The notes beneath the pieces are model-generated. The model saw only the letters and a list, made by a program, of their open reading frames with translations, was not told where the DNA came from and ran no database searches. A program made the position numbers and the translations under genes. Shown here one piece after another: positions 56,612-64,000 of a stretch of 64,000 nt of DNA. This DNA comes from Candidatus Bathyarchaeia archaeon (lineage in GTDB: Archaea; Thermoproteota; Bathyarchaeia; Hecatellales; Hecatellaceae): positions 3,278 to 67,277 of the forward strand of contig JAVZMI010000007.1 in the NCBI GenBank assembly GCA_038883335.1. The letters run 5' to 3'. Position 1 is the stretch's first letter; every line of letters begins with the position of its first letter.

Positions 56612-57904
56612 TTGAAAGCCGTGGTCTTGGCTGCTGGTGAAGGTGTCAGACTAAGACCACTTACTCTCACGAGACCTAAACACCTAATCCCTGTGGGAGG
56701 TAGACCACTCCTCCAACATACCCTATCCGCCCTGAAGGCGGCTGGATTCAAGGATGTCTTTTTGGTAGTCGGGTATCTGCGTGAGCAGATCATCTCAAAT
56801 ATAGGGGATGGCTCTGAATTTGGCTTGAAAATTGTTTACGTAGAGCAACCCACACCCACTGGGACTGGAGATGCAATAAGAGTAGCTAGAGAGTACGTGG
56901 GGAATGAAGACTTTCTAGCAGTCTATGGGGATCTTTACGTAGACTCTACGGTGATCCTTGACATCTTAGAGGCTTACCAAAGGAGAAAAGGAAATGTCCT
57001 CGCCGTGGTAGAGGCTGAGAGACTCGAAAATTATGGCGTTGTAAAACTTCGTGAGGACAGGAGCTTAGAGGATTTAGTAGAGAAACCTAGAAGATGGTTT
57101 TCTCCCACGAATCTCGTAAATGCTGGCGTTTATATTTTCACGCCAAACATCTTCGAGTATGTGAGACAGACGGAGCGTTCGCCGAGGGGTGAGGTGGAGG
57201 TTACTGATGCGATAAAGAAAGCGGTAGAGGGGGGTGAAACGATCTACACCGTAGAGGTCAGTCGGGATAAGTGGATGGACATCGGTAGGCCGTGGGATCT
57301 CCTCGAGGCTAATGAGCGATACTTGAAGAGTATGAAGCCTTCTGTAAGAGGTGTGATAGAGGATGGTGCCCACATATTTGGGGCTTTAAACCTTGAGGAG
57401 GATGCAGTAGTAAAGTCCGGAGCATATATTGAGGGCCCGGTCTACATTGGAAGGGGCAGCCAGATAGGACCTAACTGCTACATTAGAGCCTACAGTTCAC
57501 TGGGGCGAGATGTAAGGATAGGGAACGGCTGCGAGATTAAGAACAGTATAATCATGAATGGAACCCGTATACCACACCTCTCCTATGTGGGAGACAGCAT
57601 AATAGGATCCGGCTGTAACTTCGGCGCTGGAACGATGGTTGGTAATATAAGGTTTGATGAGAAACCAGTCAAAGTTCTGATCGGGGGTGAGATTGTGGAT
57701 ACTGGTAGGAGAAAATTTGGGGCAGTTATAGGTGACCGCGTAAAGACTGGTGTAAACGCTAACTTCATGCCTGGCACGAAAGTAGGGCCTAACTGCCACA
57801 TTGGAGCTAATGTAATTGTCTATAGGGACGTACCCCCAAACGTTAAGGTTAAAGCGAAGCAACATTTGATCTTTGAGAACATCAAACTGGAGACGACAAA
57901 CTGA
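56612..57904 (+). CDS. bifunctional sugar-1-phosphate nucleotidylyltransferase with a left-handed beta-helix acyltransferase domain (GlmU/ST0452-like)
   Basis: An N-terminal NTP-transferase domain (MKAVVLAAGEGVRLRPLTLTRPKHLIPVGGRPLL) is followed by C-terminal hexapeptide repeats (IGPNCYIRAYSSLGRDVRIGNGCEIKNSIIMNGTRIPHLSYVGDSIIG). Confidence 0.7.
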   Translation: MKAVVLAAGEGVRLRPLTLTRPKHLIPVGGRPLLQHTLSALKAAGFKDVFLVVGYLREQIISNIGDGSEFGLKIVYVEQPTPTGTGDAIRVAREYVGNEDFLAVYGDLYVDSTVILDILEAYQRRKGNVLAVVEAERLENYGVVKLREDRSLEDLVEKPRRWFSPTNLVNAGVYIFTPNIFEYVRQTERSPRGEVEVTDAIKKAVEGGETIYTVEVSRDKWMDIGRPWDLLEANERYLKSMKPSVRGVIEDGAHIFGALNLEEDAVVKSGAYIEGPVYIGRGSQIGPNCYIRAYSSLGRDVRIGNGCEIKNSIIMNGTRIPHLSYVGDSIIGSGCNFGAGTMVGNIRFDEKPVKVLIGGEIVDTGRRKFGAVIGDRVKTGVNANFMPGTKVGPNCHIGANVIVYRDVPPNVKVKAKQHLIFENIKLETTN

Positions 57905-58029
57905 ACTGGCGTCTTCGGGGTGAAACTTGGACGATGGGATGGCAGCACTCCTGAACCATAGCTCAGCATACCCCTGTGATTCGGCTACTATTTATAAACT
58001 GCTCAGAATAAACTATCTCGTGGTTCCCG

Positions 58030-59238
58030 GTGCCAGTGTTAGGCATAACAGGTAAGCCCAATGTTGGGAAGAGCACATTCTTCTCAGCTGCAACTCTTGC
58101 CACGGTTCCTATTGCCAATTACCCTTTTACCACTAAGACAGCGAACATTGGGGTAGCTTATGTAGGAGTTCCCTGTGTCTGTAAAGAGTTCGGTTTGAAA
58201 GATGAGCCAGTAAATTCTATCTGCCTAGACGGATTGAGGCTGGTGCCCGTGAAACTGATAGACTGCCCTGGCCTAGTGCCCCATGCGTGGGAAGGGAGGG
58301 GACTCGGCAATCAGTTTCTTGATGATGTGAGAAAAGCCGACGCTCTCCTACTAGTGGTTGACGCTGCAGGAGCCACTGACAGCGAAGGCAGACCTTGTGA
58401 GCCTGGAACAAACGATCCAGTTGAAGATATACGCTTCCTTGAAGAAGAGTTCGATATGTGGCTATTCCAAATAATAGCAAAGGACTGGGATAGGTTAGCG
58501 CGGAAACTCGAAGCAAGCAAAGAGAACATAGCCGCTGCACTCCTCGAAAAACTAGCCGGACTGCAAATCAAAAAGCACCAGATTATACAAGCCCTGTCTG
58601 AGCTTAAACTTGAGTCAAAAAACCCGACAACATGGACAAAGGAGGAACTCCGAAACTTCGCCGGCAGGCTTAGGAGGATCTCTAAACCGCTACTTATCAT
58701 AGCCAATAAGATTGACCTCCCTCCAGCTGATAAGAATCTTGAGAGACTCAAACATTACGGCTACAGTGTAATACCTACATGCGCAGAGGCGGAGTTGGCT
58801 CTGAGGAGGGCTTCCGAGAGAGGCCTCATCCAGTATAGACCTGGAGATTCAAACTTCAAGATTCTGAAGCCCGAATGCCTCACCGATCAGCAGCGAGCCG
58901 CCCTCGAGGCTATACGAGAGCGAGTATTGGTCAAGTGGGGGTCTACCGGTATACAGGAAGCACTCAATCACGCCTACTTCAAATTGCTGAACATGATAGC
59001 TGTATTTCCAGTCGAGGATGAGGATAAACTCACCGACCATAAAGGCCGAGTCCTTCCAGACTGCCTCCTAGTACCCTATGGCACCACAGCCAGCGAGTTC
59101 GCCAGTCTGATCCACACAGAACTTGGAGAGAACTTCGTCTATGGGGTTGAAGCTCGAAGTAAGCGGAGGATTGGAGAGGACTACATCCTTAAAAATGGTG
59201 ATGTTATAAAAATAGTCGCAGCGAAGGCTAGAGGATGA
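58030..59238 (+). CDS. Obg-family GTPase of the YchF/Ygr210 type with a C-terminal TGS domain
   Basis: It has G1 LGITGKPNVGKSTFFSAAT, NYPFTTKTANIGV, DCPGLV and NKID. The C-terminal TGS-like segment reads VLPDCLLVPYGTTASEFASLIHTELGENFVYGVEA. Confidence 0.7.
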   Translation: MPVLGITGKPNVGKSTFFSAATLATVPIANYPFTTKTANIGVAYVGVPCVCKEFGLKDEPVNSICLDGLRLVPVKLIDCPGLVPHAWEGRGLGNQFLDDVRKADALLLVVDAAGATDSEGRPCEPGTNDPVEDIRFLEEEFDMWLFQIIAKDWDRLARKLEASKENIAAALLEKLAGLQIKKHQIIQALSELKLESKNPTTWTKEELRNFAGRLRRISKPLLIIANKIDLPPADKNLERLKHYGYSVIPTCAEAELALRRASERGLIQYRPGDSNFKILKPECLTDQQRAALEAIRERVLVKWGSTGIQEALNHAYFKLLNMIAVFPVEDEDKLTDHKGRVLPDCLLVPYGTTASEFASLIHTELGENFVYGVEARSKRRIGEDYILKNGDVIKIVAAKARG

Positions 59239-59244
59239 GGAGAC

Positions 59245-60159
59245 ATGCCTAGGGTACTTATCTGTGACAAGCTAGATGAAGAGGGCATAAACCTGCTCAG
59301 AGAGGCAGGTTTCGAGGTTGATGTTAAACTTGACCATACACCGGAGACACTGAAGGAGGCGGTGAAGGACTACGATGCTGTAATAGTTCGGAGCAGAACC
59401 AAAATCACCAAGGAGATCATCGCAGCTATGGATAGGACGAAGGTTGTAGCGAGGGCTGGGGTCGGCTTGGACAACATAGACGTCCAAGCTGCCAAAGAGA
59501 AGGGATTAAAGGTCATAAACTCCCCTGAAGCAGTGAGCCAAGCCACTGCTGAGCTGAGCCTAGCGCTACTATTCTCTCTGATCAGACAGATCCCCTACGC
59601 CAACCTCTGCATTAAAGGCGGCGAGTGGCCAAAGAGCAAGATCATGGGCAGAGAGCTCAAAGGAAAGACCCTCGGCATAATCGGGTTTGGAAGGGTGGGC
59701 TACATAGTGGCTAAAGTGGCTAAAGCCATAGGGATGAGGGTCATCGCATACGACGTGGTCGATAAGGAGGCACAGATGAAGGAGCTAGGCGTAGAGAAAG
59801 TAACCTTGGAAGAGCTTCTGAAGGATTCAGACGTGATATCACTCCATGCAACTCTGACCCCACAAAGTAGGCACCTAATAGGACGGAGGGAGCTCTCGAT
59901 GGTTAAACGGGGAGCTATCCTGGTCAACACAGCAAGGGGTAGCCTTGTAGATGAAGAGGCGCTGAAAGAGGCTTTAACTTCGGGGCAGCTGGCTGGAGCT
60001 GCTATCGATGTATGCGAAGTTGAACCTCCCCAGAAGTTTGATCTTCTGCGTCTTCCAAACGTAGTCTGCACACCTCATATTGGGGCACAGACAGAAGAGG
60101 CACAGAAACATGCTAGCCTAATAATAGCCAAGAAAGTAATTGAAGAGCTGAAACGTTGA
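59245..60159 (+). CDS. D-isomer-specific 2-hydroxyacid dehydrogenase (SerA-like, no ACT domain)
   Basis: It has the NAD-binding motif GIIGFGRVGYIVAKVAKAIGMRV and the catalytic R/E/H context (NTARGSLVDEEAL, TPHIGAQT). Confidence 0.75.
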   Translation: MPRVLICDKLDEEGINLLREAGFEVDVKLDHTPETLKEAVKDYDAVIVRSRTKITKEIIAAMDRTKVVARAGVGLDNIDVQAAKEKGLKVINSPEAVSQATAELSLALLFSLIRQIPYANLCIKGGEWPKSKIMGRELKGKTLGIIGFGRVGYIVAKVAKAIGMRVIAYDVVDKEAQMKELGVEKVTLEELLKDSDVISLHATLTPQSRHLIGRRELSMVKRGAILVNTARGSLVDEEALKEALTSGQLAGAAIDVCEVEPPQKFDLLRLPNVVCTPHIGAQTEEAQKHASLIIAKKVIEELKR

Positions 60160-60198
60160 AGACATACGCGTAGACGTGTTGAAGGGGTAGACTACATT

Positions 60199-60969
60199 TT
60201 GCGGCACCTCTTCAACCGTTGGGGTTACATAACTCTAAGAGTGAAACGGAGCAGGTCAGCATGTGTGTTGTCAGACTATGACGGCACACTCACACCTATC
60301 GCCCCTAGACCAGAGTTGGCTCTCCTCTCTGACGAAATGAGAGATCTACTCCGAAGGTTAGCCGATAATCCGCGATACATTGTGGCGGTAATCAGCGGGA
60401 GACCAATAGAGGAAGTGAAGGCACTAGTGGATGTCCAAGGTATATTCTATGCTGGTAATCACGGTTTAGAGATCGAGGGGCCTAACTGTAGGTTTCGGCA
60501 TCCTGGGGCAGGAGAAGCCTTGCCAAATATGATGAGAATTTCTGCTGAGTTGAAGCAAAAGCTCCAAGGCTTGAAGGGTGTGATTGTTGAGGATAAAGGT
60601 CTGACGGCCAGTATTCATTACCGGCTCGCGCCTCCACGTGAGATCCTGAAAGTTAGAGAGATACTCGAAGAGGTCGCCGGTCATCTCGACGGCATAATGG
60701 TCACCCAAGGTAAGAGGGTCTTCGAGGTGAGACCCAACCTAGACTGGAATAAGGGGTCGGCAGCAAAGTGGATAGTGGAATCCTTAGCCGAGGATGCTTT
60801 GCCTATATATATAGGGGACGACAGAACTGATGAAGATGCATTCACTATCCTTAAAAGGGGCATCACCGTCTGCGTTACCTCTAGACCGCGACGCTCAAAT
60901 GCCAAATACTATCTTAAAAACGTATATGAAGTTCAAGAATTCATCAGAAGACTCATTTCGATAAAATAA
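60199..60969 (+). CDS. otsB: trehalose-6-phosphate phosphatase (HAD family, OtsB-like)
   Basis: It has HAD motif I (VLSDYDGTLTP), motif II (VAVISGR) and motif III/IV (YIGDDRTDEDAF). The start is uncertain (TTG). Confidence 0.7.
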   Translation: MRHLFNRWGYITLRVKRSRSACVLSDYDGTLTPIAPRPELALLSDEMRDLLRRLADNPRYIVAVISGRPIEEVKALVDVQGIFYAGNHGLEIEGPNCRFRHPGAGEALPNMMRISAELKQKLQGLKGVIVEDKGLTASIHYRLAPPREILKVREILEEVAGHLDGIMVTQGKRVFEVRPNLDWNKGSAAKWIVESLAEDALPIYIGDDRTDEDAFTILKRGITVCVTSRPRRSNAKYYLKNVYEVQEFIRRLISIK

Positions 60970-61246
60970 CCTGATTAAAAACTTCTTTTAGGCTCATATC
61001 CGCTAAAATAAGCCACCCACCTTATTGCTTTAAAGCTTCGCGGGGTGACCAGCCCATTGCCATCTCCATAGTAGAAAGGTTTATATATTACTAAGAGGGA
61101 AAGGTTTATATAGAGAAGTAGCGACCTTATGTAATTACCACGGTGTTATAATCGGTATCAATAACTGCTTCTCTAAGCTGCCGCTAGCAGAGAGAGGTGT
61201 TCTACCGATTACCTACCAAGCATAGTAACTTGGATCTGGGATCAAG

Positions 61247-62176
61247 ATGCGCGAGAATAGAGTCGGATTGGAGGCGGGGCGCGAGAGGTGCCCCGAGTGT
61301 GGAGGTTCAGTTATTATACATAATGCTGAGACTGGAGAGCAGATATGTGGAAGTTGCGGTTTGGTGATCAGTGAGCACGCTTTAGATAGAGGACCTGAGT
61401 GGAGAGCCTTCACATTAGAGGAGAAGGCTGATAGAAGCCGTGTTGGAGGGCCTATCTCGATTTTGCAGGCAGACAAGGGACTTCCAACTGTAATTGACGA
61501 CATAAACAAGGATGCTTCTGGTCGCAGAATCCCGCTCTCCACTAGGCTTCAGATGCTACGCTTGAGGAAGTGGCAGTCCCGTACTCAATACCAGTCACCG
61601 GTAGAAAGGAACCTTCTTCAGGCGCTGTCGGAGCTAGATAGGATTGTTGATAAGTTACATATCCCCGAGGATATACAAGAGGAGGCTGCGGAGATCTATA
61701 GAAGAGTCTTGGACAAAGGACTGGTTAGGGGGCGTTCAATAGCGGCGATAGTCGCGGCGTGCGTCTATGCGGCATGCAGGAAGACTAATCGTCCTCGGTC
61801 TCTGAAAGAGATAGCTTCAGTCAGCCGGGTTAAACTTAAGGATATAGCTCGGTGTTACAGGCTTATACTCCATGAGCTACCTATGAGCATGCCAATACCT
61901 GACCCGAGAATCTATGTTACAAAGGTGGCAAGTAAGGCGGGAATAAGTGAGCGGGCTCAGGCGAAGGCTTTGGAGCTTCTGAAAGAGGCTGACAAGCTCA
62001 AGGCTGTCACTGGGAAAGATCCAATAGGCATAGCTGCAGCGGCACTATATGTAGCCTGCGTACTGCTGGGCGAGAAGAAGACACAGAAAGAAGTAGCTGA
62101 GGCTGCTGCTGTAACTGAGGTGACTGTCAGAAACCGCTACAAGGGTCTTAGAGAGATTCTAGGCCTTAACATCTGA
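61247..62176 (+). CDS. tfb: transcription initiation factor IIB (TFB), paralog 2
   Basis: It has a Zn ribbon (CPECGGSVIIHNAETGEQICGSCGLVI), a B-reader/linker and two cyclin repeats. It is recognisably alignable with the TFB at 41297..42247 and clearly diverged from it. Confidence 0.85.
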   Translation: MRENRVGLEAGRERCPECGGSVIIHNAETGEQICGSCGLVISEHALDRGPEWRAFTLEEKADRSRVGGPISILQADKGLPTVIDDINKDASGRRIPLSTRLQMLRLRKWQSRTQYQSPVERNLLQALSELDRIVDKLHIPEDIQEEAAEIYRRVLDKGLVRGRSIAAIVAACVYAACRKTNRPRSLKEIASVSRVKLKDIARCYRLILHELPMSMPIPDPRIYVTKVASKAGISERAQAKALELLKEADKLKAVTGKDPIGIAAAALYVACVLLGEKKTQKEVAEAAAVTEVTVRNRYKGLREILGLNI

Positions 62177-62193
62177 GGGAGCAGGCAAGCCGT

Positions 62194-62868
62194 CTAAGGT
62201 ATTCGCTTTCTTAAATGGATAACCCTCTCAGCAGTCTGAGTTACTCTTCTGCTATGTGTCGTAACCAGTATAGTTCTCCCCTTTAGAATGTTACTACTTC
62301 TCAGCAAAGTTAGAACAGATTCTGTCGTCAATGGGTCGAGGCATTCAGTAGGCTCATCCATTAGGACTATAGGCGGATCCTTTACCAATGCTCTCGCGAT
62401 GCCAACCATGAGCCTTTCCCCTACGCTCAAGTTTCCAGCCTTTCTGTCAGCAAGGCTGTTGAGCCCTACTTCCTTCAAAGTATCCTTCACCATGGCCTCT
62501 CTAGCTTCACCCTTAAAACCGAGTATCGCCAGAGGCAGTTCAAGGTTCTCACATACTGAAAGCTCCGGAAATAAGTTCTGAGCCTGAAATACCACCCCCA
62601 TCTTTGTAGCTCTTAAGCGAGTTAGATCATCTTCAGAGAGACTGTCTATGCGTGTCTGGTCAATGGAGATCTCCCCCGAGATGGGACGATCTAAGCCGGA
62701 GATTAGGTTAATCAGAGTGGTCTTCCCGCAGCCGGTAGGACCTACGACAGCGACGAACTCACCTTTCATTATCTGGAGGCTGACATCATCGAAGACATTA
62801 ACTACCTTACCGCGGCCATTGTAAGATTTCTTAACGTGAACTAGACTTATTGCTGCTTCACTTGGCAT
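62194..62868 (-). CDS. ABC transporter ATP-binding protein (MacB/LolD/FtsE-like)
   Basis: It has Walker A (GPTGCGKTT), a Q-loop, the signature LSVGERLMVGIARAL, Walker B (ILMDEP) and an H-loop. Confidence 0.8.
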   Translation of the reverse strand: MPSEAAISLVHVKKSYNGRGKVVNVFDDVSLQIMKGEFVAVVGPTGCGKTTLINLISGLDRPISGEISIDQTRIDSLSEDDLTRLRATKMGVVFQAQNLFPELSVCENLELPLAILGFKGEAREAMVKDTLKEVGLNSLADRKAGNLSVGERLMVGIARALVKDPPIVLMDEPTECLDPLTTESVLTLLRSSNILKGRTILVTTHSRRVTQTAERVIHLRKRIP

Positions 62869-63454
62869 GGGATAAAATCTCCACCGTCACCTGGCTTATC
62901 TTTCTCCAATTAATGTAGATTCCCACCAGAGAGCCAGCTAAAACACCGAGTAGGCATAACACGGTTATCAAGCCGTACCCTGCAGAGCCTAGTGTAGGAA
63001 ACCTGTAGATGCCGAGCATGGGGGCGAGAAAGATCAAACCACCGCCAGCCAATACACCCACCGACACACCTACGATGCCCACGAGTAACATTTCTAGAAA
63101 GAACAGAGCTGTTATAGCCGACCTATCAGCGCCCAGTGCCTTAAAAATACTTATCTCATAGTTCGAGTGGAGTGTGGGATATAGCAGAATTGCTAGTAAG
63201 GCTATGAGGGTTATAACTGTGGCAGGCACAACCGCCAACCACTCTCCAGCAGCAACCGTTAAAGAGCATAGTAGAGTAAAAGCGGCAGAAGTCAGGGCGG
63301 TGGCAACTATAGCCAGCCAAATTCTACAGCGCGAGAGTCGGATCCTCTTCCTCAGCGCCCAGAATAAGGCAACCTTGATACTCGTATTGAGAGAGGCTTG
63401 CGCCCCATAATTGTCGACCTTATCCATGGGGGTCACAGCCCGTATTTTCATCAC
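62858..63454 (-). CDS. compact FtsX-like ABC permease (4 TM, no large extracytoplasmic domain)
   Basis: It has the FtsX-type core (ISIFKALGADRSAITALFFLEMLLVGIVGVSVGVLAGGGL). It overlaps the ATPase gene by 11 nt. Confidence 0.55.
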   Translation of the reverse strand: MMKIRAVTPMDKVDNYGAQASLNTSIKVALFWALRKRIRLSRCRIWLAIVATALTSAAFTLLCSLTVAAGEWLAVVPATVITLIALLAILLYPTLHSNYEISIFKALGADRSAITALFFLEMLLVGIVGVSVGVLAGGGLIFLAPMLGIYRFPTLGSAGYGLITVLCLLGVLAGSLVGIYINWRKISQVTVEILSHAK

Positions 63455-63491
63455 GCCATGGGAGGCTGGGCAATCCCATGGCAGGGGGTGG

Positions 63492-64000
63492 CTACACAGG
63501 GGCTCGGTTCTGCTCGTCAGAGGTGCGGAGTCGCAGGATTAGAGGCTTATGTGATTGGTCTTCATCACTGGGCTTGGCTGTTAGGATAGTCGGTTTAGTT
63601 TGAGCCACTTCTACAGGTTTCTCTGTGGGTGGAGCCAATTTGCTCAGCGCATTTTCGAGGTCTTTCTTCTCGTTTATTGCGCTCTTGATTCCATATACAA
63701 GGTTCTCGCTGTTAACCTTGTAAGTCTCCTCGCTCATCTCGCCTGTTTTGTGTTGAACTTTTATGTTGCCAAGGAATCTTTCTAGGCTTTTACACTGCGC
63801 TTCCAAGTCTGCTATTCTCTGTTTGAGTTTGTTGACAAGGTTCGCATAGGTTTCCTGCTGCCTGCTCATATCCTCCTTGTATTTCTTGTAAAGTTCGTCG
63901 TAGACGTATTGTGGTATCTCACCGTTTTTTAGGAGTTCGTCTAAAGCTTGGAACCTCTTCTGGGTAAGACTACTCTCTTCGCGGTATTTATCACAGGCTA
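63492..64000 (-). CDS. coiled-coil protein with a Pro/Thr/Lys-rich C-terminal tail (partial; continues beyond the window end)
   Basis: The frame is open to the window edge (...ACDKYREESSLTQKRFQALDELLKNGEIPQYVYDELYKKYKEDMSRQQETYANLVNKLKQRIADLEAQ...). It lies directly upstream of the ABC permease/ATPase pair. Confidence 0.4.
   Translation of the reverse strand, partial: ACDKYREESSLTQKRFQALDELLKNGEIPQYVYDELYKKYKEDMSRQQETYANLVNKLKQRIADLEAQCKSLERFLGNIKVQHKTGEMSEETYKVNSENLVYGIKSAINEKKDLENALSKLAPPTEKPVEVAQTKPTILTAKPSDEDQSHKPLILRLRTSDEQNRAPV

Noticed and set aside
1-64000. CRISPR arrays, rRNA genes, transposases and integrases
   Set aside because: No regularly spaced direct repeats, rRNA-like conserved blocks or DDE/tyrosine-recombinase motifs were seen on either strand. 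The accessory signal at the window start therefore lacks an identifiable mobility gene within the window.

Overview
This 64 kb window is archaeal chromosome at about 50% GC. It carries eukaryote-type information-processing genes: two TFB paralogs, aIF2-gamma, aRF1, Gar1, SRP19, ribosomal proteins S8e, S3Ae and S15/S13e, Kae1, Bud32, Pcc1, and a RecJ/GAN-like DHH nuclease. It also encodes a eukaryotic-type topoisomerase IB, which together with the rest of the gene content points to a TACK-superphylum archaeon (Thaumarchaeota, Aigarchaeota or Bathyarchaeota-like). The window is coding-dense and mostly housekeeping. It contains an ilvN-ilvC-leuCDBA operon with no ilvB, and five aminoacyl-tRNA synthetase genes (ValRS-like, TrpRS, PheS/PheT, and a methanogen-type SerRS). 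Other genes are ThiC, PyrH, MAP2, archaeal PPAT, TreT and a T6P phosphatase, tungsten-type AOR with a ferredoxin, UbiX, Hsp20, and a GlmU-like transferase. There are two tRNAs, Leu-CAA and Asp-GTC. The first ~4.3 kb stands apart from the rest. It holds the N-terminal fragment of an SNF2/RapA-like helicase that sits in frame behind a small wHTH gene, a RadA-like recombinase pseudogene with at least four frameshifts and no Walker A, a C-terminal remnant of an FtsX permease in a stretch with homopolymer runs, a low-GC HSDR_N-type PD-(D/E)xK nuclease-domain gene, and 1.2 kb of AT-rich non-coding DNA. Together these look like a decaying accessory or integrated segment. Other points worth a second look are a tandemly duplicated cluster of MgtE-like membrane proteins and PhoU/TrkA_C regulators (37.0-39.5 kb), a methanogen-type seryl-tRNA synthetase translationally coupled to pcc1 in an S15-recJ-pcc1-serS gene string, a frameshifted UPF0016/GDT1 gene, an S15 gene with no canonical start codon, a tRNA-Leu with an atypical acceptor end, a membrane protein with an internal duplication, and a surface protein with a conserved Cys-containing C-terminal anchor domain. 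I found no CRISPR array, rRNA gene or clear transposase.
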